Assembly (NCBI RefSeq): GCF_000018105.1
Contig: NC_009925.1
Coordinates: forward strand, 2,400,001-2,432,000
Length of the DNA stretch: 32,000 bases
Reading direction: 5' to 3'
DNA from: Acaryochloris marina MBIC11017
GTDB lineage: Bacteria; Cyanobacteriota; Cyanobacteriia; Thermosynechococcales; Thermosynechococcaceae
The translations under genes were made by a program, and so were the position numbers. The notes below the pieces were generated by a model, which saw only the letters and a program-made list of their open reading frames with translations, ran no database searches and had not been told where the DNA came from. This document shows positions 1-7,583 of the stretch, in pieces. The first letter of the stretch is position 1; each line of letters starts with the position of its first letter.

Positions 1-609
1 ATTATCTAGATAATCCTCAAAGGATTGGTTACTCAAACCCAACTTTTCAAATGTGTCTAATTCCTTTTGAGTCAGGGGATAAGGCATTTGGCCCGGTGGA
101 TCTGTTTCCTCACGACCTCTGGCAATCACTAATAGCTGGCCTAGGGAGGCTATCAAACGACTTATTTTTGAGATGGCAAGCGCGCGCAATGCCGAGGGAA
201 GAACTTGCAACGTATAGGATTCTAGGACAAAGTCAAATCCCTGAGACCAGGTGGCTGGAGGGTTTAGCAAGTCTGCGACCTGGTAGGACACAGGTGAATT
301 AGGGAAACGTTGGTTACACTGTGCGATCGCAGTCGTCGAAACGTCAAAGGCTACAACCTCAAACCCCAACTCCGCCAAAAACTCGGAATCATCCCCATAG
401 CCGCAACCAATGACCAGAGCTGTTTTACCTGCCCCCTTTAATCCTTGGGTGATGATCCAATCGACTAAGTTTGGATTGGGGGTTAAATCAGCCCAAGGCA
501 CGGCAGCATAATCGTTGCCAGCTTCTGCATAGAGGGCTTCAAACCATCCCTGAGCATCTGCACGGGCCAGAAACTCTGACGCTAGTTGTTGGGCACGGTG
601 ACGAGACAT
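1..609 (-). CDS. Class I SAM-dependent methyltransferase (3' end runs off the window)
   Basis: Absent from the ORF track because no stop lies inside the window. My reverse-complement translation from the ATG (complement of 607-609) reads MSRHRAQQLASEFLARADAQGWFEALYAEAGNDYAAVPWADLTPNPNLVDWIITQGLKGAGKTALVIGCGYGDDSEFLAELGFEVVAFDVS... This shows the glycine-rich SAM motif I (VIGCGYG) and an acidic residue closing beta-2 (AFD). The frame is open for 203 codons to position 1. It lies 13 bp downstream of, and co-oriented with, the bciA-like gene. Confidence 0.8.
   Translation of the reverse strand, partial: MSRHRAQQLASEFLARADAQGWFEALYAEAGNDYAAVPWADLTPNPNLVDWIITQGLKGAGKTALVIGCGYGDDSEFLAELGFEVVAFDVSTTAIAQCNQRFPNSPVSYQVADLLNPPATWSQGFDFVLESYTLQVLPSALRALAISKISRLIASLGQLLVIARGREETDPPGQMPYPLTQKELDTFEKLGLSNQSFEDYLDN
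323..330. repeat. HIP1 palindrome GCGATCGC
   Basis: Exact octamer read in the sequence. Confidence 0.95.
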
Positions 610-622
610 GGTGGGCAGCAAC

Positions 623-1633
623 TTAGAATACAGCGAAGTCGCCCCGCTCCGCTTCTTCGCTACCGTCAACGAGGCGCTGATAATATTCGAATAAAGTGTC
701 TTTACCGGTTTCAGGCGTGGCGTCCGCATCATAACGCCCGGTTTCGGCATCGTATACCAACATCGATTCCGTGGCATAGTAATGGCCGATTCGCGCTAAC
801 TCTGCCTTGGCTGCCAAGCTTGGCACAATCTTGGCAATTCCGCCTAATACCGTTGCGATCGCATTCAGGAATCCAGGCGGTACGCTTTTGAAGCGGGGTG
901 GGCAGTCCAACAGTTTAAACAAATATTCTCCCTGCTCCAAGGGCGTGAGGGCAGGTCCAGGCCCGCCGATGGGCAAAATTTTGTTCTGCAGTGAAGCGTC
1001 TTCGAGACAGTCCACAATGTAGGCCGCTAAATCTGGATCGCTGATCGGTTTGCAAGCAGTCAATGTGCCATCGCCAAATAGATAAAATGGCTTCCCGTTC
1101 TGAATCTTAGCCACCTGCCCCGCCAGAGATTTGAAGTAGGCGGTTGGTCGGACAATGGAATAAATTAGCCCGGATTCTCTCAGGGCTTTTTCAAAAGCAA
1201 GCTTGGCATGCTGAAACGCAAGGCGCGGCTTTTGCACGCAGATGGCTGACAACAGCACTATCTGCTTCACTCCAGATTCTTTTGCCAAGGAGAGAACGTC
1301 CATATGGGCTTGATAGTCAATGGCCCAGGTGTCGTCTGGTTCTCCTGTCCGTGAGGCTAAGCAGGATACCACTCCATAAAATTGTCGATTCTTGAACACT
1401 TGCTCAGCCAGAAACTTTGGATCTTTGACGTCGCCGAAGCATACCTCGGTCCCTTGTAGCAGTTGGGCCGTTTTTTCTTGGGTAAGCTGACCTCCAACCC
1501 CTGCCTGGGGCCGAGCAATACAAACAACTTCGTAACCGCGCTTCACCAATTCGGCGACAGTGGCTCGCCCAATCGTACCGGTGCCGCCCAATACCAAAAT
1601 GCGACGTGTCTCCGAAGTGCTAGCGTCAGTCAT
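623..1633 (-). CDS. bciA: BciA-type (plant-type, NADPH-dependent) 3,8-divinyl (proto)chlorophyllide a 8-vinyl reductase; atypical SDR fold
   Basis: 336 aa. It has an N-terminal Rossmann motif (VLGGTGTIGRATV). It also has blocks I recognise from plant and bacterial DVR/BciA: VVSCLASR, LLSAICVQKP, IVRPTAYFKSLAGQV, GKPFYLFGDGTLTACKPISDPDLAAYIVDC, LPIGGPGPALTPLEQGEYLFKLL and GKDTL. Confidence 0.78.
   Translation of the reverse strand: MTDASTSETRRILVLGGTGTIGRATVAELVKRGYEVVCIARPQAGVGGQLTQEKTAQLLQGTEVCFGDVKDPKFLAEQVFKNRQFYGVVSCLASRTGEPDDTWAIDYQAHMDVLSLAKESGVKQIVLLSAICVQKPRLAFQHAKLAFEKALRESGLIYSIVRPTAYFKSLAGQVAKIQNGKPFYLFGDGTLTACKPISDPDLAAYIVDCLEDASLQNKILPIGGPGPALTPLEQGEYLFKLLDCPPRFKSVPPGFLNAIATVLGGIAKIVPSLAAKAELARIGHYYATESMLVYDAETGRYDADATPETGKDTLFEYYQRLVDGSEEAERGDFAVF
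855..862. repeat. HIP1 palindrome GCGATCGC
   Basis: Exact octamer read in the sequence. Confidence 0.95.
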
Positions 1634-1771
1634 GGGTAATTAATGGTGTGTTGTAGGACTCTATTCGTAGCCTACCAGTTAGCAGCTGCAAACCAATAGT
1701 TTCATAAACACGAACAGAAAACTAAAACACAAGACAGGCAGAGGATTACCAAGCTTTCGCTAAGAGAAATG

Positions 1772-2383
1772 CTACTGAGATTTTCCACGACCATATTTTT
1801 GATCTATTGGTCTACAACCCATGTCATAGATGAGGAGGTTGCATATTCCAGAGTCCCAAAATTTTGCTCTTGATTCGATGATCTCAGCAATAGCCAACAT
1901 CATGTTCGTAATGCTGGGATAAAGCGGCTCATGAATTTGAGAAACATCTAGATCAGTCACACGATAGACAGGAGAGAATTTCTGTTGAATCGTACTTCCC
2001 AAGACGACAATTTGCCCGAAGTCACAAAAGAAGAGAGGCAATATATTGGATGGCTCATATGGGACAAAACTGGCATGGTAATCATCACGGGCTTGCCACC
2101 AAAATATTGCCTCTTCAAGCGGTAAAAAAGTAATATCGCCAATTAATTCAGCTAAGTGATACCCAAAATCGAAAGCGATCTCTGATGTCATATCATCTTC
2201 TCTAAATATTGGTAATGTGCCGTTATGCCAGCGGTAAAGCTCATATACTTCTTTGGAAAGCTTGAACGGATAATTTTGGAGAATGACGTCAATATCTCGA
2301 ATGCTTAGTTGGGGACGCCAATATGATTGATCACATTTGGAATAAGCCTCAATTCGCTTCAAAGCATCTGTCAGTGATGGCAT
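1772..2383 (-). CDS. SMI1/KNR4 (SUKH-1) family protein, immunity-protein-like
   Basis: 203 aa. The pattern ILQNYPFKLSKEVYELYRWHNGTLPIF, then FLPLEEAI, then LPLFFCDFGQIVVLG matches the usual SUKH-1 layout (LP..yk.fy...NG, then l.sleE, then a hydrophobic/Gly core). It is more AT-rich than the neighbouring bciA. Confidence 0.5.
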   Translation of the reverse strand: MPSLTDALKRIEAYSKCDQSYWRPQLSIRDIDVILQNYPFKLSKEVYELYRWHNGTLPIFREDDMTSEIAFDFGYHLAELIGDITFLPLEEAIFWWQARDDYHASFVPYEPSNILPLFFCDFGQIVVLGSTIQQKFSPVYRVTDLDVSQIHEPLYPSITNMMLAIAEIIESRAKFWDSGICNLLIYDMGCRPIDQKYGRGKSQ

Positions 2384-2542
2384 TAGTGAAAAGCTCTTCA
2401 GGCAAGAAATGATTTTATGGATCTGACAACGGAATTATAAACTAGGTGTTAAGCTTCCAGACTTGAACCGACAGCTAAAGCAAAAAATTTTGGGGGAAGA
2501 CTAAGTACGCTACTACTTTCTCTTCAATCCCAACAATTAAAC

Positions 2543-2856
2543 ATGCGAAAACAACAGCTAGTAGCGGTGATAGCAGCTATTTTTGCTTATACCGTCTGGG
2601 ATCAGCTTCGCCGATCCATTTCCCCCTGGATTGACTCAAATTTAACTGCAATTGGTGTCCCACATCTCATTGTTCAACTCATTCTGCTGGTATTGCCTCA
2701 AGTTTTATTACTAGAAGTTGTCCTTAAGTTGCTCTTTCTATCACTAACATTCCGTTCCCCGAAGTTTGTTCCTGCACAACCTGAGGATTGGAAAGGATTC
2801 AACCAAGATAAACTGAATGATGACACTTCCGAGTTGGAGAAGTTAGGTTTTGTATA
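2543..2856 (+). pseudogene. 5' fragment of a membrane-protein gene interrupted by IS elements
   Basis: The ORF 2543..2944 has a hydrophobic N-terminal region (VAVIAAIFAYTVW, LIVQLILLVLPQVLLLEVVLKLLFLSL). From 2857 onward it is reading IS701 inverted-repeat sequence. See the 3' fragment at 5399..5879. Confidence 0.45.
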
Positions 2857-4254
2857 TCCCTCTTTTATCACTTTAGACAGAGAGAAAATCAGGATGCTTG
2901 AGCAATTTCCTCACCAGTGGACAGCAAAATGCCTCCATCTTTGATGTGAGTTGCTCAAACCCCTTTTTCAAAGCACGGCTGGGAAAGACTTCTAACCAGC
3001 GCTTTAGAAGATTCCAACTGATTAACGGTTGAATGATCAAGCGCACATTATTGAGCAGATTCTTCCACCCGTTTTGGTTATCCCACCAAGGATGCTGCGC
3101 AAAGTGTTGATGTGCCACTGGACAAGAGTCATTGAAGACATCAGCGAACAAACTCACCATCAAGAAAGCGCTCATCACTATCTCCCACCACTTTTCAATT
3201 TGTTCGTAGTGCGTCATGCGAAAATCAGCCCAACCCAAGGTATCTTTAGACTGTTTGAGACCATACTCAATCCAAGTTCTGAAGCCATAGCAATCCCCAA
3301 TTTCATCCAGCTTGATCTCGGGTGCCGCTGCCATGACATAAGAGGTTGAGTTCTCTGGTAGCGTTTGGGGGTCCGTGGTTAATAGCCAATAGCGCTTCTG
3401 GTGGTGTCGCTGGCCATAAATGATCTCTTGCCTGTAACGAGTTTCAGTGGTGCCATTGCTGAAGGTTCGTTCAAATGACTGCCACGGTTCGGCAAAGACT
3501 GCTTGTTCTGCGGGTAACCACACCGCATGATTGCTACGAATCGCTAGGATATAGGGCAGCTTTAACTCCTCTAAGACATTCACAAAGTTTGTTTGAGCTT
3601 CCCCATACAAGCTGTCAGCCAGGACGAGCTCAAAGCAAAAGCCCATCCCTTGCAACTGTCGGATCATTCCAGCAGCAATTTGGGGTTTGCTGAGATACTC
3701 ATCCTCCTCTTTAAGACGTTCTCGGGGTTTGTACACTTCAAAGGACAAAGGCAAAATCATCCCTTGAAACAGCCCGTAGGCAGTGACTGCGACGATGCCA
3801 TTCTCTTTCTTGCCCACATTGCCGATATACTGCCGTTTCACATAGTCGGTACTCTTGCCTTTTTTGCAATCGCCCGTCTCATCGATCAATAGAATTAACC
3901 TGCGCCCATCCAGTATTTTCAAGATGATGTCCAATCTCTTGTCAGACAAATGTGACGCTACCCAAGGTGATTCACTCAGAAAATGATGCAGGCTTTGATG
4001 GTTCTCCAAGCCCACTGCTCTTGCAATGGCGGGCAATGATTTACGTTTGATATCACTAATCATCCCCAGATGGAGATGCTTGAAGGCTTCATAACTGCGG
4101 ACTTGGGGAAATAACTCTGCAAATAGTTGGCAGTACTCATCAACAAAGCCAATGGTTGGTTCTGGACTTCTTGAAGCTGACATCACTCATTAGAAAAATA
4201 GAAACTGAGAATAGTCTATTTTTTATCTGTCTAAAGTGATAAAAGAGGGATATA
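2853..4254 (-). mobile_element. IS701-family insertion sequence (complete)
   Basis: It has perfect 28-bp terminal inverted repeats. TATATCCCTCTTTTATCACTTTAGACAG at 2853-2880 is the reverse complement of 4227-4254. The outer TATA may instead be a 4-bp target duplication, which would make the element 2857-4250. One 437-aa transposase ORF lies inside. Confidence 0.9.
2873..4186 (-). CDS. IS701-family DDE transposase
   Basis: 437 aa. The N-terminal signature FPQVRSYEAFKHLHLGMISDIKRKSLPAIARAVGLENHQSLHHFLSESPW is typical of IS701 transposases, and LILLIDETG and LVLADSLYG are DDE-like blocks. It is bounded by the 28-bp inverted repeats. Confidence 0.85.
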   Translation of the reverse strand: MMSASRSPEPTIGFVDEYCQLFAELFPQVRSYEAFKHLHLGMISDIKRKSLPAIARAVGLENHQSLHHFLSESPWVASHLSDKRLDIILKILDGRRLILLIDETGDCKKGKSTDYVKRQYIGNVGKKENGIVAVTAYGLFQGMILPLSFEVYKPRERLKEEDEYLSKPQIAAGMIRQLQGMGFCFELVLADSLYGEAQTNFVNVLEELKLPYILAIRSNHAVWLPAEQAVFAEPWQSFERTFSNGTTETRYRQEIIYGQRHHQKRYWLLTTDPQTLPENSTSYVMAAAPEIKLDEIGDCYGFRTWIEYGLKQSKDTLGWADFRMTHYEQIEKWWEIVMSAFLMVSLFADVFNDSCPVAHQHFAQHPWWDNQNGWKNLLNNVRLIIQPLISWNLLKRWLEVFPSRALKKGFEQLTSKMEAFCCPLVRKLLKHPDFLSV

Positions 4255-4256
4255 CT

Positions 4257-4907
4257 CTAGACGGTTAAGAGATTAACTTTCTGGAAAGACTGAAACTTGA
4301 GTGAGAGCAGGCTGGTTAGTTTCGCCTTATGCTCTGTATTGCATTGGTCAATGCACTGTTGAATGGCCCCTTTGAAAGAGTGAAAATCCGAATAATACTT
4401 CGAGTAGAGACATTCCTTGCGCACAAAGCGCCAAAGCCGCTCAATCAAATTCAAATGGGGTGAATAGGAGGGCAAATAGACTAACTCAATATCGACGATC
4501 TCAGCAAAGTCAGTCACCAGCTGGCATTTTTGATATCGGGCATTGTCTAAAATGACGCTGATGGGTATGACTGGGTCGAGTAGTGCCAGCTTGGCTAGCA
4601 ACAGACACATGCTATGAGAGTTGATGTAGGTGTGGTTGGTGATACTGGTGACTTCTTTGGTGACAGCGTTGAGTGCACCCAGAACATTGAATCGTTGACG
4701 GCCAGAAGGAGAAGGGATGAAGATCCGACGAAGGCACCAGAGAAACCCCAGATAAGCCCGGTGAACAAAATGAGCAGCATCCACAAAAAAGACAAGACGC
4801 TCTTGGCGTTGAGCTTCCTCTAATAAGGGTTCAAGGCGAGTTTGTCGAAACTGCTCTTGCTCCTCAATTTTCTCGGGCAGACTCGACTTTCCCGGCACAT
4901 ACCCCAC
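4257..4907 (-). CDS. IS630-family transposase, C-terminal DDE catalytic part
   Basis: LVFFVDAAHF, ILDNARYQKC and YLPSYSPHLNLIERLWRFVRKE form the classic IS630/Tc1-like DDE block. This reading frame continues upstream as KAFLKRIGCRSRKVGYVPGK, which overlaps the end of the N-terminal ORF. Confidence 0.8.
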   Translation of the reverse strand: MGYVPGKSSLPEKIEEQEQFRQTRLEPLLEEAQRQERLVFFVDAAHFVHRAYLGFLWCLRRIFIPSPSGRQRFNVLGALNAVTKEVTSITNHTYINSHSMCLLLAKLALLDPVIPISVILDNARYQKCQLVTDFAEIVDIELVYLPSYSPHLNLIERLWRFVRKECLYSKYYSDFHSFKGAIQQCIDQCNTEHKAKLTSLLSLKFQSFQKVNLLTV

Positions 4908-5313
4908 TTTTCGAGAGCGACAACCAATGCGTTTGAGGAAGGCTTTGAATCTGGGTTGGAGAACGCTTAATACCTGTCAATTGTTCAATGACTGCTTGGG
5001 CTTCTGCACTGGTGCGGGGCGGGTGTTGCTCAAAATAGGCTCTCACACTATCGCTATGAGCGTTGAGTGAACTGGATTGACCTTTGTATTCCAGGGTTTT
5101 CAACCCTTCAATTCCGCCTTGTTGATACAGACGAAGGGTTTTAGCTAAGGTCGGACGACTAATCTGACAAAGCTGACAAATCTGGGCATGGGGAAGACCC
5201 TGACTTTTCAAGTAGAGCACTTCCATCCGTCGCTGCACCCGTGGGTGAGGGTGATGATAGCGTTCGTAATTGAGGTGTTGGATTTCCTCTGCGGTGAAAT
5301 CAATTTTAATCAT
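4864..5313 (-). CDS. IS630-family transposase, N-terminal HTH part
   Basis: MIKIDFTAEEIQHLNYERYHHPHPRVQRRMEVLYLKSQGLPHAQICQLCQISRPTLAKTLRLYQQGG is a helix-turn-helix DNA-binding module. I place the start at the ATG (complement of 5311-5313) rather than the TTG at 5355 used by the track. Confidence 0.75.
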   Translation of the reverse strand: MIKIDFTAEEIQHLNYERYHHPHPRVQRRMEVLYLKSQGLPHAQICQLCQISRPTLAKTLRLYQQGGIEGLKTLEYKGQSSSLNAHSDSVRAYFEQHPPRTSAEAQAVIEQLTGIKRSPTQIQSLPQTHWLSLSKSGVCAGKVESAREN

Positions 5314-5398
5314 GCAAGTAGGGGAGTCGGTTGAGGGATACTCCCAGTCTGCCAAATCTCTCCACTACAATGTTAAGCCGCAAGTCGTACGCAGTATA

Positions 5399-5879
5399 CC
5401 TCACTGATTACAGGGTTCTATCTCATCGGGTTATAGCAAGGCTATTTGCTCATCCTCAAAAATTTTGCTTCGCAGAGCTGGGTCAGCATGAAGATTTTCC
5501 TATGTTCTGTAGCATATCTTCTAGCTTAGAAAAGCAATGGTCTATAGCAGTTACAAATATGCCTTCATTTGCTATCTCTTTTGCCTTCCTATGGCAACCA
5601 CGAGGCCTTATAAAATATTTTGAGAATACATCAGAGAATATGATGTTTCAAGCACTATTAGACTTACGTGAACAGGTTTCTAGTGACTTGGGGCTAGAAC
5701 TAGTCCAAGATATGAGAGCTGAAACTTATTTTGAGCTAGAACGTAAACGAACGAGAGACAGAAGGCGTTCATTTCTTTATTCAAGCGTTATTTGGAGACT
5801 ATTGAAGTGGTTATGGTTTTCTCTGAATCCCCAAGATGAGTATTTAGGGGCTTACTCCAAGCTCAAAGGGAAGCGGTAG
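5399..5879 (+). pseudogene. Putative 3' fragment of the IS-interrupted membrane-protein gene
   Basis: The frame of ORF 5331..5879 reads through the IS630 terminus. The host part starts after GTATA (5394-5398). Joining 2856 to 5399 gives GGT TTT GTA TAC CTC = GFVYL in frame. This could be coincidence, because other readings of the termini break the frame. Confidence 0.4.
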
Positions 5880-5931
5880 AACATAAATTCATGAATTTAT
5901 TAGTCATAATATGTGTCTGCCAAGAACTAAT

Positions 5932-6043
5932 AGACCTCTTGCAATATTCGTTTCATGATGTGCTACTTACGCAACAGATATCGCGATCTGACTCGAATTT
6001 TAAGTCCTCCACCATATCGTTAGTTGAAGTATGCAAGAGGTCT
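5932..6043. mobile_element. 112-bp MITE-like element, copy A
   Basis: The terminal inverted repeats are AGACCTCTTGCA at 5932-5943 and TGCAAGAGGTCT at 6032-6043. The element is flanked by the direct repeat AAT (5929-5931 and 6044-6046). A same-length copy, about 80-85% identical by eye, lies at 8694-8805. Confidence 0.7.
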
Positions 6044-6198
6044 AATGTTGAGCTAAGCCGAGATGTAGAAACATACGTCGACGTCCAAAACAGATTATGT
6101 ATCTAGGGCTTGCTGAAACACAGTTTAGTGGACGAGTGGACACCACGAGTTTTCAGACATGCGCTTGGTGATCCTTACAATACATTCCAATCGCTGAT

Positions 6199-6543
6199 CT
6201 ATTTTTTAGATTTCTGAGAAGTGGTGACACTCAGCGTGACATAAAGAGTTTCGGGTTCGGCCTCGATCACCTGAACTACAAGCGGTTGAATGGTGTTGGT
6301 CAGTTCGTCAACATTTTTCTCAGAGATCTCATTAGCGGGAATGATAACGTTGACATTCGTGAAGGCACCATTGCTCCAATTCCCACTTACTTTTGAATCA
6401 ACACTAAGTTCAGCATTGATAGCGCGCTCTAATTCCGCGAACTTCTCGAACGTACCCATTAAGTTGTCAACAGCACTGCATGCAGGTAAGAGAAGCATTG
6501 CCCCAATGACTAGCGCAGATGACTTATTCAATTGGGTGAACAT
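6199..6543 (-). CDS. Small putative lipoprotein
   Basis: 114 aa. It has a signal peptide with a lipobox-like LLPAC (MFTQLNKSSALVIGAMLLLPAC) followed by a hydrophilic mature part. I recognise no family. Confidence 0.55.
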   Translation of the reverse strand: MFTQLNKSSALVIGAMLLLPACSAVDNLMGTFEKFAELERAINAELSVDSKVSGNWSNGAFTNVNVIIPANEISEKNVDELTNTIQPLVVQVIEAEPETLYVTLSVTTSQKSKK

Positions 6544-6862
6544 ATTCTTAGATACCTCATTATTAATTTATTGGGCAAGGCATGATAACTCTGAGATTAA
6601 GTGTTATCCGACCCTATTCGTATAATTCCCAACGTAAGATTTCTTTGAATATCACCTATATAATTCCGAAGTGAGAATATTATCTGCTATTTACCTTGAA
6701 TTTTGTAGTTCTGCTTGAAAATATTCGAATTTAGTATTTTTTACGCTAGAAGTCTTTGCGAATTTCTTTGTTTATAGCTAACTCTTCCTAGCATTGATTT
6801 GACTTGGGTTAAATCAGGAAGCTTCTTTACAATGAGATGATTGTCACAGATCTCCTACCGCA

Positions 6863-7369
6863 ATGAGAAAAGAGGCATCATCAGGTAACTTTGTCGCCAT
6901 TGACTTTGAAACAGCAGATTACCAAAGAGATAGCGCTTGTGCCATTGGCGTCATCCGGGTAGAAAATGACCAAATTGTTGATCGGTCCCACTTCCTGATT
7001 CGCCCGCCACGCCAGAAATTCCAATTTACCTACATCCACGGCATTACTTGGTCTGATGTAAAACACCATCCAACTTTTGCTGAATTATGGCCAAATCTCC
7101 AACCCAAATTTGCAGGCAGTGACTTTGTCGCGGCCCACAACGCTAATTTTGATCGCTCTGTGCTTAATGCTTGCTGTCAGGCAGCCGAACTAGATCCTAT
7201 GCCCCTGCCTTTTCTCTGCACTGTCAAGCTTGCTCGGGAAGTATGGAATATCCGACCAACAAAATTGCCTAACGTATGTGAGTTTTTGGATATCCCCTTA
7301 CAGCATCATCAAGCTCTTTCCGATGCCGAAGCCTGCGCCAAAATTGTGATTGCAGCACGACAACAGTAA
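6863..7369 (+). CDS. DEDDh 3'-5' exonuclease (DnaQ / DNA pol III epsilon-like, stand-alone)
   Basis: 168 aa with all three Exo motifs: ExoI AIDFET, ExoII AAHNANFDRSVL and ExoIII HHQALSDAEAC (H-x4-D). Confidence 0.85.
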   Translation: MRKEASSGNFVAIDFETADYQRDSACAIGVIRVENDQIVDRSHFLIRPPRQKFQFTYIHGITWSDVKHHPTFAELWPNLQPKFAGSDFVAAHNANFDRSVLNACCQAAELDPMPLPFLCTVKLAREVWNIRPTKLPNVCEFLDIPLQHHQALSDAEACAKIVIAARQQ

Positions 7370-7583
7370 ATGCTTGTACCTGCTAATTGACATTGGTCAG
7401 CACCATTCCAGAATCTCAGACATTTTGCTTTTGGTCCTTGTCATAATCTGCATCGAGAGACCAACGTAGCGGTTGATAGGTTAAACCTCATAAAGGGTTA
7501 GCATTCAGTTCCAAAGTCATCAAGTACTCATCATAATATTTCCCATCTTTGATAAAAGTTTCGTGTTCTGTACCGTATAGGAG

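Larger units (their letters stand above)
4255..5398 (-). mobile_element. IS630-family insertion sequence, directly abutting the IS701 copy
   Basis: It contains two overlapping transposase ORFs of IS630 type. Both ends carry TATACT (4251-4256 and the complement of 5393-5398), followed by only weakly matching inverted-repeat sequence. The junctions are TA-rich, as expected for TA-targeting IS630, so the exact termini are ambiguous. Confidence 0.7.

Noticed and set aside
586-1395. Plus-strand ORFs 586..891, 807..1022 and 1144..1395
   Set aside because: These are shadow ORFs on the strand opposite the well-supported bciA-like gene. Their translations are Arg/Ser/Pro-rich and have no recognisable motifs.
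3029-3892. Plus-strand ORFs inside the IS701 element (3029..3349, 3475..3693, 3593..3892)
   Set aside because: They are antisense to the 437-aa transposase, which has clear family motifs.
5891-6106. 71-aa plus-strand ORF
   Set aside because: It reads straight through MITE copy A (5932-6043). It has no ribosome-binding site and no recognisable fold, so it is most likely an artefact.
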